Below, piece by piece: positions 1 through 15,115 of a DNA stretch of 64,000 bases; positions within the stretch are counted from its first letter, which is position 1; each line of letters begins with the position of its first letter. The position numbers and the translations under genes were made by a program. Source of the stretch: the human T2T-CHM13v2.0 reference genome, Homo sapiens; the NCBI RefSeq assembly GCF_009914755.1, contig NC_060944.1; one strand, written 5' to 3'. The notes beneath the pieces are model-generated. The model was given only the letters and a program-made list of their open reading frames with translations. It was not told the origin of the DNA and did no database searches.

Positions 1-804
1 TCTTTAGATCAAGAGGAACACTAAGGGATGTGGAACAGGTGGTTCATGCTGCTGTTGCTAAGGAGTAATTGGCACAGAGTGGCTATGGGTCTTCCCTGTC
101 ATCCTACTGTGAGTTGGTGGAAATTAATCAGTGTGGTACAGAATCTCCCACTCTGCAATCGCAACTCCTCTGAAATGATCCTGGGGCTAGATCCAGGGTT
201 GGGTCACATGTAGCTAACTGGGACATGAAGCCAAATGTGAAGAGGTTTCAGGAGGATAGGCCATGCCCAGAGGCAGGTGTGCAGTGTTATGCTCCAGTCT
301 AGTGCTTCTTGCTGGGCCATTCAATGAAAGAGACATCAGAGAAGAAAACTTCCTTCATCAGACCAGAGGCTGTGAGCCACCTCTGAGGCATCACCGGGCT
401 CTGGGTATCTCAGGCTTGTCTTCACCTTTCTCAAGAGCTTCCCTTGGACAAGGAGGTCTTAGGAAAGAGATCATGATCAACCATCAACACAGACACCATC
501 AGATGTACTCTGTGGGCTGTAAGGGCATGATCTCCAAGAGACCTTATTTGGTGTTTCCTTGGATAGCCTCCCTTACCAAGCATCCTCTCAAGCCACCCCC
601 AAACATGCCTACTAGACACTACAGGCATATCTTGTTTTATTGAGCCTTGCTCTATTGCACTTCACAGCTATAGCGTTTCATACAAATTGAAGGTTTGTGG
701 CAACTCTGCATCGAGCAAGTCATCTGGCACCATTTTTCTAACAGCATGTGCTTACTTCATGTCTCTGTGTCACATTTTGGTAATTCTCAAAATATTTCAA
801 ACTT

Positions 805-1107
<303 letters not shown>

Positions 1108-2740
1108 TTATTATCATATCTGTTGTGATGATCTGTCATCCATAATCTTGGTTATTACTGTTGTAATTGTTTTGGGACACTATGAACTGCGCCCCTAAAA
1201 AATGATTAATGGATAAATGTTGTGTGTGTGTTCTGACTGCTCCAACAACTGGCCATTTCCCCATCTCTCTCCCTCTCCTCAGGCCTCTCTATTTCCTGAG
1301 ACATAACAATATTAAAATTAGGCCAATTAATAACTCCACAATGGTCTCTACGTGTTCAAGTGATAGGAAGGGTTCTATGTCTCTCACTTTAAATGAAAAG
1401 CTGGAAATGATTACAGTTAGGAAGGCATGTCAACAGCAAAGATATGCCAAAAGCTAGGCCTCTTGTGCCAGTTAGCCAAGATATGAATGCAAAGGAAAAG
1501 TTGTTGAGGGAAATTAAAAGTGCTACTCTAGTGAACACATGGATGATAAGAAAGCAAAACAACCTTATTGCTGATATGGAGAAAATTTTAGTGGTCTGGG
1601 CAGAAGATCAAACTAGCCACCACATTCCCTTAAGCCAAAAACCTAACCAGAGAAAGGCTCTAGCTCCCTCCAATATTATGAAGGCTGAAAGAGGTGAGAA
1701 AGCTGCAGAAGAAAAGTTGGAAGTTAGCAGAAATTATTTCATGAGGTTTAAAGAAAGAAGCCATCTCCGTAATATAAAAGTGCAAAGTGAAGCAGCAAGT
1801 GCTAAGGTAGAAGTTGCAGCAAGTTACCCAGAAGATCTTGCAAAGTGATGAAGATGTCTAAATTAAACAATAGATCTTCAGTGTGGAAAAATAAGCCTTC
1901 TGTAGGAAGAAGATGCCATCTAAGACTTTCATAACTAGAGAGCAAAAGTCAATGCCTGGCTTCGAAACTTGAAAGGATAGGCTGACTCTCTTGTTAGGGG
2001 CTAATGCAGCTGGTGACTTTAAGTTAAAGGTAATGATGATCATTTACCATTCTGAAAATTCCAAGTCCCTTCAGAATTCTGCTAAATCTACTATGCCTAT
2101 AAATAAGACACCATCTTGATGATAGCACATCTATTTACAGCATGGTTCACTGAATATTTTGAGTCTACTTTTCACACCTAGACACATTTTGAGTCTACTT
2201 TTGACACCTAGACACCTACTGCTCAAATAAAAAATACTCATTCAAAATACTACTCCCATTGACAACGTGCCTGGTCACCCAAGAGCTCCAATGGAGATGT
2301 ACAAGGAGATTAATATTGTTTTCATGCCTGCTAACACAATATACATTCTACAGCCCATGGCTCAAGAAGTGATCTTGACTTTCAAGTCTCATTGTTTAAG
2401 AAATACATCTTATAAGGCTATAGGTGACATAGATAGTGATTCTTCTGATGGATCTGGGCAAAATAAATTGAAAACCTTCTGGAAATGATTCACCATTCTA
2501 GATGCCATTAAGAACATTCATGATCGACAGGAGGAGGTGAAAATATCATCACTAACAGGAGTTTGGAAGAAATTGATTCCAACTCTCATGGCTGACTTTG
2601 AGAGTTTCAAGACTTCATAGAGGAGCCCACTGCAGATGTGATAGAAATAGCAAGAGAACTAGAGTTAGAAGTTGAGCCTGAAAATGTGATTGAATTGCTG
2701 GAATCTCATGATAAAACTTGAATGGATGAAGGGTTACTTC

Positions 2741-3048
2741 TTTTTTTTTTAAGAGATAGGATCTTACTCAGTTGCCCAGGCTGGAGTACAGTGGCATGAT
2801 CAGAGCTCACTGCAGTCTTGAACTCCTTGGCTTGAGCTATGCTCCCACCTCAGCTTCCCTGGTAGCTAGAACTACAGGCATGCACTACTGCCCTTAGCTT
2901 TTTTTTTTTTTTTTTTTTTTTTTTGGAAAGACAAGGTCTAGCTAAGTTCCCCAGGCTGATCTCAAGTTCCTGGCCTCAAGTGATCCCCTCCTACCTCGGC
3001 CTCCCGAAGTGCTGAGATTATTATAGGCATAAGCCATGGCACCCAGTC
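2741..3048 (-). mobile_element. AluJ-like inserted in Tigger1
   Basis: poly-T, diverged antisense Alu body, degenerate TSD agggttacttct/aggagttgcttct. Confidence 0.85.
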
Positions 3049-3132
3049 AAGGAGTTGCTTCTTATGGATGAGCAATGAAAGTGGCTTCTTGAATTAGAAA
3101 CTTCTCCTGGTAAGGATGCTGAAAACATTTTT

Positions 3133-3261
3133 GCTACTTGGGAGGCTGGGGCAGGAGGATCACTTGAACCCAGGAGTTTGAGGCTGCAGTGAGCTATGAT
3201 CCTTGCCACTGCACTCTAGCCTGGGTGTTAAGACAAGACCCTGTCTCTTAAAAAAAAAAAA
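3133..3261 (+). mobile_element. Partial Alu right arm, part of a local inverted copy of ~2700-2866
   Basis: gctacttgggaggctg...ctgtctctt(A)n followed by inverted Tigger1 flank sequence. Confidence 0.75.
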
Positions 3262-3756
3262 TAGCAACTCTTCATCCATGAAAGTTGTATCATTAGACTG
3301 TTGAAATGACAACAAAGGATTTAAAATGTTACATAAACTTATGATAAAGCAGTAGCGGGATTTGAGAAGATTGACTCCAATTTTCAAGGAAATTCTTCCG
3401 TGGAAAGAAATTCAAACAACATCACATGCTACAGAGAAATCTTTCATGAAAGAAATAGTCAACTGATGCAGCAAACTTTATTGTTGTCTTATTTTAAGAA
3501 ATTTCCATAGCCACTTTAGTAACCACCACCCTGGTCAGTCAGCAGCCATCAACATTGAGGCAAGACTCTCTACCAGCAAAACAATTATGACTAACTGAAG
3601 GTCAGATGATCACTAGCATTTTTAGCAGTAAAATACTTTTAATTATATACACTGTTTTTAACATATAATACTATTGCACACTTAATAGATTATGGTGTAG
3701 TGTAAACATAACTTTTATATGCAGCAGGAAACCAAAAATATGTGTGATTCTCTTTA

Positions 3757-4209
<453 letters not shown>

Positions 4210-7161
4210 CTATGGGTTCCAAACTGCTCTATTTCCTGTCACTGGTGCAAGTGCCATGAACTATGAATTTTACTAGAAGCAGTTGCTCCAATCACTGATG
4301 TCCTGACCTATGTTCCAGAGAGCTCTCTGGACAGCCTACCCTGCCCCAGGGAACTCAGAGGCTACACCTAGAATATTGCAGCTGGAAAGGGTGCCCATTT
4401 GGTTATGACTGTGTGCTCTGTCTTATATGGAAGCATCTGTATACCTCCATATTATTTACAATAGGGTGGTGAGGAATCCTGGAAGACTTTGAACCTCATG
4501 GAGATATAGGAGGAATCAAATGCCTATTCTGCCAAAATCTGGATCTCCAAAATGTTAAGTCCTAGTCATCAGAGAATCACAGATGAGGTCTGGCCTGTTG
4601 GTGACCAAATGCAAGTCTTATGATTCCCACTGCTTTTGCATTATTTGTTCTCTTCCTATGCTCCAGACATGCCCCTTCAAGATGGCGAATGCAGATGGGA
4701 GGATCCTAAAAGAATACTCCCCACCTCTGATGTCATGGTATTGGCCAGCTCCTGCATCATTTCCATACTTTGGCCACAGCTGATGCTCATAGTGAGTCCA
4801 TAACTGATGCTGTCATCAGCAATATGTGCCCCACCCAACCTCTAGTTCATCCTAACAAACCTAGGATGCCTAAATCATGCAGTACAGAAGGTTATCTGAA
4901 ATGCAAGGGTTGGGTTTAGGTGCTAAGTGCAATATCTATCACCAAGAAAAGTCCATTAGCCAAAAATATAGTTGCAATAACTATGACATGAAGCATTCAA
5001 AGATAGTCTTCTATCCAGAGGAAGTCTCTTATAACTCTCCCATTAAATATACATTCTTTAGAATTATACCCATCAGTTAATGTGTCCAGTGTCTTAACTT
5101 GGGAAGAGTTCACTTCTTGAAAATTTTTAGTGACAGATGGTAAAATGTAGAAGTAAGTATCTGAGTGAAAGGGCACTAAACTTCAGATTTCTGAGGCTAT
5201 TCTGGATCATTGTGGCTAGTACATGGTGACACCTTGCCATGTTGATTCAAGTATTCTATTATTTAAAGTCTTCTTGGATTATAGTTTTTAAATTAATTTA
5301 TTTATGTTTTAATTGACAAAAAATTATATGTATTTATCATGTACAATATGATGTTTTGAAACCTGGATACATTGTGGAATGATATTGTGGAATGACTAAA
5401 TCTAACTAATATATGCATTACCTCACTTATTTTTTATGGTGAAAACACTCAAAATCCACTCTCTTAGTAATCTTCAGGAATACAATACATTAACTGTAGT
5501 CCCCATGTTGTACAGCAAATCTCTTAGCTCACTTCTCCTATCTAACTGAAATATTGTATCTCCAACATCTCCCCAGCATCCACCCCTCAGACCCCGGTAG
5601 ACACCATTCTACCTTGTTCCTGTGAATTGAATTTCTTTGGATTTCATATTAAAGTGAGATTATGTGATATTTATCTTTCTGTGCCTGCTTATTTTACTTA
5701 ACATAATGCTCTCTAGGTTCGTCATGTTGTTGCAAATGACAGGATTTCCTTCTTTTTAAAAGCTGAGTAATATTTTATTGTTTATATATGTTGATGCTTC
5801 CATGTCTTGGCTGTTACGAATAACACTGCAATGAACTGGAGTGCAGATATCTCTTTGGCATACTGATTTTATGTTCCAGTATGCCAAAGAGTATCCAGTA
5901 GTCTAATTGCTGGATAATGTGGTAATTCTATTTTTGTTTTTTTTAGGAACTTCCATACTATTTTCCATATGGGTATACTAATTTGCATTCACACCAACAG
6001 TGTGCAAGAATTCCCTTTTCTTCACATCCTTGCCAGCCCCTAGGATATTCTGTCTAATTGATAATAACCATTCCAACAGGTAGGTGTGAGATGATAACTC
6101 ATCATGGTTTTAATTTGCATTTCTCTGATGATTAGTGATGTTGAGCATTTTTTTTCATCTACCTATTGGCTATGCATGTCTTCTTTTGGTCCTTTGCCAA
6201 TTTTTTAATCAGGTTGTTTGCTTGCTGGTGAGTTGTTTGAGTTCCTTACATATTTTGGATATTAGCCCTTATCAGATGCATGGTTTCTAAGTATTTTCTC
6301 CCATTCCATAGGTTGTCTCTTAACTCTGTTAGTTGTTTTCTTTGTGGTTTGATATTATCCCACTTGTCTAGTTTTGGTTCTCATTGCCTAGACCAATGTA
6401 ATGGAGCTTCCCTTCTATGTTTTCTTCTAGTACTTTTACAGTTTTAGGTTTTAGGTTTTACATTTAATTATTTAATCCATTTAGAATTGATTTTTGTATA
6501 TGATGTGAAATTAGGGTCCAATTTCATTCTTCTGCATGTGAGCATCCAGTTTTGCCAGGAACTTTTATTGAAGAGGCTGTTCTTTGCCAGTTGAGTTTTA
6601 TTGGTATCTTTGTCAAAATCAGTTGACCATAAATGATTCTGTTTGTTTCTAGGTTCTCTGTCATATTCCTTTGATCTATGTTTCTGCTTTAAATGCCAGC
6701 ATTATACTGTTTTGATTTTTATAACTTTGTAATATACTTTAAAACCAGGTAGTGTGATATGTTCAGCTTTCTTGTTTTTGCCCAAGATAGTTCTAGCAAT
6801 TTGGGGTCTTTGGGATTCCATATAAATTTTAAGGTTTTTTTCTATTTCTGTGAAAAATGTCATTGGAATTTTGATATGATTGCATTGCATCTGTAGAACA
6901 CTTTGGGTAGTATGGACATTTTAACAATATTATTAATTCTTCCAATCTGTGAAAACAGAATGTCTCCACTTATTTGTGTCTTCTTCAATTTCTTTCATCA
7001 ATGTTTCAGTTTCCAGTGTACAAGTTTTTAACCTCCTTGTTTAAATTTATTTCTAAGTATCTTTTTTTTGCTAGCTATTGTAAATGGGATTGTTTCCTAG
7101 ACTTCCTTTTTGATAGTTCATTTTTACTGTATAGAAATGCTACTGATTTTTTGTATGTTGA

Positions 7162-7602
<441 letters not shown>

Positions 7603-8045
7603 CTTGTATTCTCTGCCTAATTGCTCCAGCTAGCACTTTCAGTACTATGTTGAATAGAAGTGACAAGAAAGAGTGGGCATCCTTGCCTTATTCCTGACAT
7701 TAGAGGAAAAGTTTTCAACTTTCCACCATTAAGCCTGATATAAGCTGTAGGCTTTTCATATATGGCCTTCATTGAATTGAGGTACGTTCCTCCTTTACCT
7801 AATTTGTTGAAAGTTCTTATCATGACAGCGTGTTGAATTTTGTCAAATGTTTTTTCTGCATCTGAGGAGATGATCATATGGTTTTTGTCCTTTGTTATAT
7901 TAATGTGGTGTTATCACATTTATGGATTTGTATATGTTGCATCATCGTTGGATCCTAGAGATAAATCCCACTTGATTTTGGTACATAATATATTTAATGT
8001 GTTATTGAATTAGTTGGCTAGTACTTCGTTAAAGATTCTTATATA

Positions 8046-8448
8046 TGTTCTATTAGGCTGTTCTTGCGTTGCAAAAAGGAATACTCAAGATTGGGTAATT
8101 TATAAAGAAAAGAGGCTTACTTGGCTCATGGTTCTGTAGGCTGTGCAAGCATAGTGCCAGAATGTGTTTGGATTCTGGGAAGGCCTCAGGGAGCTTTTAC
8201 TCATGGCAGAAGGAAAAGCAGGAGCAGGCACCTCACATGGCCAGAGTGCAAGCAAGAGAGAGAGGGGGCAGGGAGGTGCCACACATTTTTAAACAACCAG
8301 ATCTCATGAGAACTCATCATCATGAGGACAGCACCAAGCCATGAGGGGTCTGCCCCCATGACCCAAACACTTCCCACCAGGCCCCACCTCCAACACTGGG
8401 GATAACAATTCAACATGAGAATTTGTTGGAACAAATATTCGAACCATA
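8046..8448 (-). mobile_element. MST (ERVL-MaLR) solo LTR
   Basis: gggtaatttataaagaaaagagg ... ccaccaggccccacctccaacactggggataacaattcaacatgaga motifs. Confidence 0.85.
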
Positions 8449-8484
8449 TATATTCACTATGGGTATTGGCCTATAATTTTCTTT

Positions 8485-9476
<992 letters not shown>

Positions 9477-11269
9477 TTAGTATAGAGGTAATGCTCACCT
9501 TGTAAAATGAGTTTGGATGTATTTCCTCTTCTTCCATTTTTTGGAAGATTTTGGAAGGATCAATATTAATTCTTTATAAATGTTTGGTAGAATTCAGCAA
9601 TAAAGTCATCAAATCCTGGGCTCTTTTTTTTGATAGGAGGCTTTTATTATTGATTCAATCTCCTTACTTTTTATTGGTCCTTTCAGATTTCCAGTTTCTT
9701 CATGATTCAGTTTTGATAGGTTTATGTGTCTAGGAATTTATCTATTTCTTCTTGCTTGTATAATTTTTTGGTATATAATTGTTTATAGTAGTCTCTTACA
9801 GTACATTGTTGTTTATCTGGTATCAGTTGTTATGCCTTTTTTCTTTGTGATTTCATTTATTTTAGTCTTTTCCCTTTATTTTTCATAGTCTACCTAAAGT
9901 TTTCTCAATTTTATTTAGCTTTTCAACACCTGACTCTTAGTTTCACTGATCTTTTCTATTATTTTTCTATTTTATTTATCACATCTATTTTTGCTCTGGT
10001 CTTTATTATTTTTTTCCTTCTGCTAAATTTGGACTTGTTTGTTCTTGTTTTTCTACTTCCTTGAGGTATAACATTAGATTATTTCAGATATTTCTACTTT
10101 TTTGATGTGGATATTTATTGCTTATCTAAACTTTCGTCTTAGAGTTGCTTTTGCTGCATCCCCTAAGTTTTAGTATGCTGTGTTTCCAGTTTTGTTTGTC
10201 TCAAGATATTTTTAAATTTCCCTTTTAATTTCTTCATTGACCCACTGGTTATTCGGAGCATGTTGTTCAATTTCCACGTGTTTGTGAATTTTCAGAAATT
10301 CCTCCTCTTATTGATTTCTAGTTTTATACCATTGTGGTCAGAAAATATAGTTGATATGACTTCAGTCTTTGTAAATTTGTTGAAACTTATTTTATGGTCA
10401 AATATATTATCTATCCTGGAAAATGTTCCACGTGCACTTGAGAAGAAAATATATTCAGCTGCTGTTGGATGGAATGTTCTGTATATGTTTGTTAGCCCAT
10501 TTGGTCTAAAATCTAGTTCAAGTGTGTTGTTTTCTTGTTGATTTTCTGTCTACATGATCTGCTCATTGCTGAAAGTGGGGTATTAAAGTCCCCTATTATT
10601 ATACATTATAGTGTAACTCTCCCTTCAGATCTTTTAATATTTCCTTTATATTTAGATGCTTCAGTATTGGATGAATACATATTTATCATCGTTATATTTT
10701 CTTGATGAATTGACCTCTTTATCGTTGTACAATCATTTTCTTTGTCCTGTATTACAGTTTTTGACTTAAGGTCTATTTTGTCAATATAAACATAGCTACC
10801 CTTGAGCTCTTTTGGTTTCTCTACCTTTTTCTACCTCTTTACCTTCAGTCTATGTGTGTCCTTAAAGGTGAAGTGAGTCTTTTTCAGACAGCATATAAAT
10901 GGGCCTTGTTTTTTATCTATTCAGTCACTCTATGCCTTTTGATTGGAGAATTTAATCTATTACATTCAAAGCAATTGTTGAGAAGGAAGGGCTTACTACT
11001 GCCATTTTGTTAGTTGTTTTCTGGTTATTTCGCAGATCCTTTATTCTTCCTCTCTTACTGGCTTCCATTGTGGTTTGATGGTTTTCTGTGGTGTGATTTG
11101 AATCTGTTCTTTTAATCTTATGTATGTGTGCTGTTGGTTTTCACTTTGTGTTTACCATGAGGCTTTCAAAAAACATCTTAGAGTTATAATAAACTATTTA
11201 AGCTGATAACAATTTAACTTCGATAACATAAAAAACTATAAGATTTTTTGGGCAGAGCGGTGGGGGGTG

Positions 11270-11552
11270 ATGGGTGCAGTGGCTCATGCCTTTAATCCCA
11301 GCACTTTGGAGGCCAAGGCAGGTGGATCACTTGAGGCCAGCCTGGCCAACATAGAAAACCTCATCTCTGCTAAAAATACAAAAAGTTAGTTGGGCGTGGT
11401 TGCACATGCCTGTAATCCCAGCTACTCAGGAGGTTGAGGCACACAAGAATCACTGGAACCCAGAAGGCAGAGGTGGCAGTGAAACGAGATCATTCCACTG
11501 CACTCCAGCCTGGGCAACAGAGCAAGACTCTGTCTCAACAACAACAACAAAA
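11270..11552 (+). mobile_element. Alu with internal deletion
   Basis: gggtgcagtggctcatgcc ... (ACA)n tail. Confidence 0.85.
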
Positions 11553-12369
11553 ATACGATACACTTTTTCTCTACTACCACCATGCCCTGCATTTTAAATT
11601 TTTGATATCACAGTTTACATCTTTTTATATTGTGTGTCCCTGAAAAATTATTGTGGCTATTAATTTTAATAATAACTTTGTCTTTCAACCTTCGTACTAA
11701 AGATATATGTGATTTGCACACCACCATTCAGTATTAGAGTATTCTGAATTTGACTGTGTTCTTACTTTGACCGTTAAGTTTTATATGTTTTATGTTGCTA
11801 ATTAGTATATTTTACTTTAAGCTTGAATATTCCCTTTAGTATTTCTTGTAAAATCAGCCTGGTGATGGTGAACTCCCTCAGCTTTTGTTTGTCTTGGAAT
11901 GTCTTTATCTCTCCTTCATTTCTGAAGGATAGCTTTGCAGGGTGTAGTATTTGGGCTTGACAGGTTTTTTTCCTCCAGCATTTTAAATATATCATCCCAC
12001 TCGCTCCTGGCATGTAAGGTCTGCCAAGAAATCTGCTACTAACCTTATTGGAACTTTATTATGTGAGATTTTTTTATTTTCTTTTGCTGCTTTCAGGATC
12101 CTCTCTTTGTCCTTGATTTTTGACAGTTTGGTTATCAAATGTCCTGGTGTAGTCTTGTTTAGATTGAATTTCATTGGACAATTTTGACCTTCCTGTACCT
12201 GGATATTTATATTTGTCTCCCAATTTGGAAATTTTTCTGCTAATATTTCTTTAAATAACTTTTCTACCCCTTTGTCTTTCTCTTCTCCTTCATGAACTCC
12301 CATAACTTGGTATTTGATCTTTTGATGCTGTCCCATAAACCCTGTCAGCTTTCCTTTTTGTTGTTGTTG

Positions 12370-12692
<323 letters not shown>

Positions 12693-13062
12693 AATCTTAT
12701 AAGTTTTCTTTATTCCTTCTCATTCTCTTTTTCTCCTCTGACTGTATATTTTCAAATAACCTATCTTTAAGTTCACAAATGCTTTCTTCTGCTCAATTTC
12801 TTATCTATTCCATTTTTCATTTCATTGTATTTTTTAGCTCCAGTTTGATATTTGATTTCTGTTTGATATGTTCTATAATTTCAATCTCTCATTAAATTTA
12901 TCATTTTGGTCATTTTATTGTTTGCCTGATTTGATTGAATTGTTTCTCTGTATTTTCTTGAAGTTCACTGAGTTTCCTTAAAACAATTATTTTGAATTGT
13001 CTGTCAGGCAGTTCATATATCTCCATTCCTTTGGTATCAGCTACTAAGAGATCACTGTATTC

Positions 13063-15115
13063 TTTTTTTTTTTCTTTTTTTTTTTTTTATTGATCATTCT
13101 TGGGTGTTTCTCACAGAGGGGGATTTGGCAGGGTCATAGGACAATAGTGGAGGGAAGGTCAGCAGATAAACAAGTGAACAAAGGTCTCTGGTTTTCCTAG
13201 GCAGAGGACCCTGCGGCCTTCCGCAGTGTTTGTGTCCCTGGGTACTTGAGATTAGGGAGTGGTGATGACTCTCAATGAGCACGCTGCCTTTAAGCATCTG
13301 TTTAACAAAGCACATCTTGCACCACCCTTAATCCATTTAACCCTGAGTGGACACAGCACATGTTTCAGAGAGCACAGGGTTGGGGGTAAGGTCACAGATC
13401 AACAGGATCCCAAGGCCGAAGAATTTTTCTTAGTACAGAACAAAATGAAAAGTTTCCCATGTCTACTTCTTTCTACACAGACACGGCAACCATCCGATTT
13501 CTCAATCTTTTCCCCACCTTTCCCCCCTTTCTATTCCACAAAACCGCCATTGTCGTCATGGCCCGTTCTCAATGAGCTGTTGGGTACACCTCCCAGACGG
13601 GGTGGCGGCCGGGCAGAGGGGCTCCTCACTTCCCAGTAGGGGCAGCCGGGCAGAGGCGCCCCTCACCTCCCGGACGGGGTGGCTGGTCGGGTGGGGGGCT
13701 GACCCCCCCACCTCCCTCCCGGACGGGGTGGCTGGCCGGGCAGAGGGGCTCCTCACTTCCCAGTAGGGGCAGCTGGGCAGAGGCGCCCCTCACCTCCCGG
13801 ACGGGGCAGCTGGCCGGGAGGGGCGCTGACCCCCCCACCTCCTTCCCGGATGGGGTGGCTGGCCGGGCGGGGGGCTGACCCCCCCACCTCCCTCCCGGAC
13901 GGGGCAGCTGGCCGGGTGGGGGGTTGACCCCCCCACCTCCCTCCCGGACGGGGCGGCTGGCCGGGCAGAGGGGCTCCTCACTTCCCAGTAGGGGCGGCCG
14001 GGCGGAGACGCCCCTCACCTCCCGGACGGGGCGGCTGGCCGGGCGGGGGGCTGACCCCCCCACCTCCCTCCCGGACAGGGCGGCTGGCCGGGCAGAGGGG
14101 CTTCTCGCTTCCCAGTAGGGGCGGCTGGGCAGAGGCGCCCCTCACCTCCCAGACGGGGCAGCTGGCCAGGCGGGGCGCTGACCCCCCCACCTCCTTCCCG
14201 GACGGGGTGGCTGGCCGGGCGGGGGGCTGACCCCCCCACCTCCCTCCCGGGTGGGGCGGCTGGCCGGGTGGAGACGCTCCTCACTTCCCAGACGGTGTGG
14301 TTGCCGGGCGGAGGGGCTCCTCATTTCTCAGATGGGACGGTTGCCAGGCGGAGGGTCTCCTCACTTCTCAGACGGGGCGGCCGGGCAGAGACGCTCCTCA
14401 CTTCCTAGATGGGGTCGCGGCTGGGCAGAGGCGCTCCCCACATCTCAGATGATGGGCGGCCGGGCAGAGACACTCCTCACTTCCTAGATGGGATGGCGGC
14501 CGGGAAGAGGAGCTCCTCACTTCCTAGATGGGATGGCGGCTGGGCAGAGACGCTCCTCACTTTCCAGACTGGGCAGCCAGGCAGAGGGGCTCCTCACATC
14601 CCAGATGATAGGCAGCCAGGCAGGACGCTCCTCACTTCCCAGACGGGGTGGCGGCCGGGCAGAGGCTGCAATCTCGGCACTTTGGGAGGCCAAGGCAGGC
14701 TGCTGGGAGGTGGAGGTTGTAGCGAGCCGAGATCACGCCACTGCACTCCAGCCTGGGCACCATTGAGCACTGAGTGAACGAGACTCCGTCTGCAATCCTG
14801 GCACCTCGGGAGGCCGAGGCTGGCAGATCACTCGCGGTTAGGAGCTGGAGACCAGCCCGGCCAACACAGTGAAACCCCGTCTCCACCAAAAAAATACGAA
14901 AACCAGTCAGGCGTGGCGGCGCGCGCCTGCAATCGCAGGCACTCGGCAGGCCGAGGCAGGAGAATCAGGCAGGGAGGTTGCAGTGAGCCGAGATGGCAGC
15001 AGTACAGTCCAGCTTCGGCTCGGCATCAGAGGGAGACCGTGGAAAGAGAGGGAGAGGGAGACCGTGGGGAGAGGGGAGAGGGGAGAGAGAGGAGAGAGGA
15101 GAGAGGAGAGAGGAG
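13063..15115 (-). mobile_element. Full-length SVA (D-F type)
   Basis: poly-T, SINE-R 13090-13590, GC-rich VNTR ~13590-14660, Alu-like ~14660-15040, CT-rich head; TSD agagatcactgtattct (~13047-13063 / 15114-15130). Confidence 0.95.

Noticed and set aside
263-643. 126-aa ORF with a paralogous ORF at 51698-51958
   Set aside because: The similarity simply reflects the DNA duplication; frames diverge after ~45 codons and there is no domain or splice support
2156-2216. Short direct duplications (also 35671-35722, 41442-41473, 55511-55540)
   Set aside because: Ordinary slippage duplications with no further structure
1444-2488. Tigger transposase ORFs as a TIGD-like gene
   Set aside because: Multiple stops and frameshifts; fossil element
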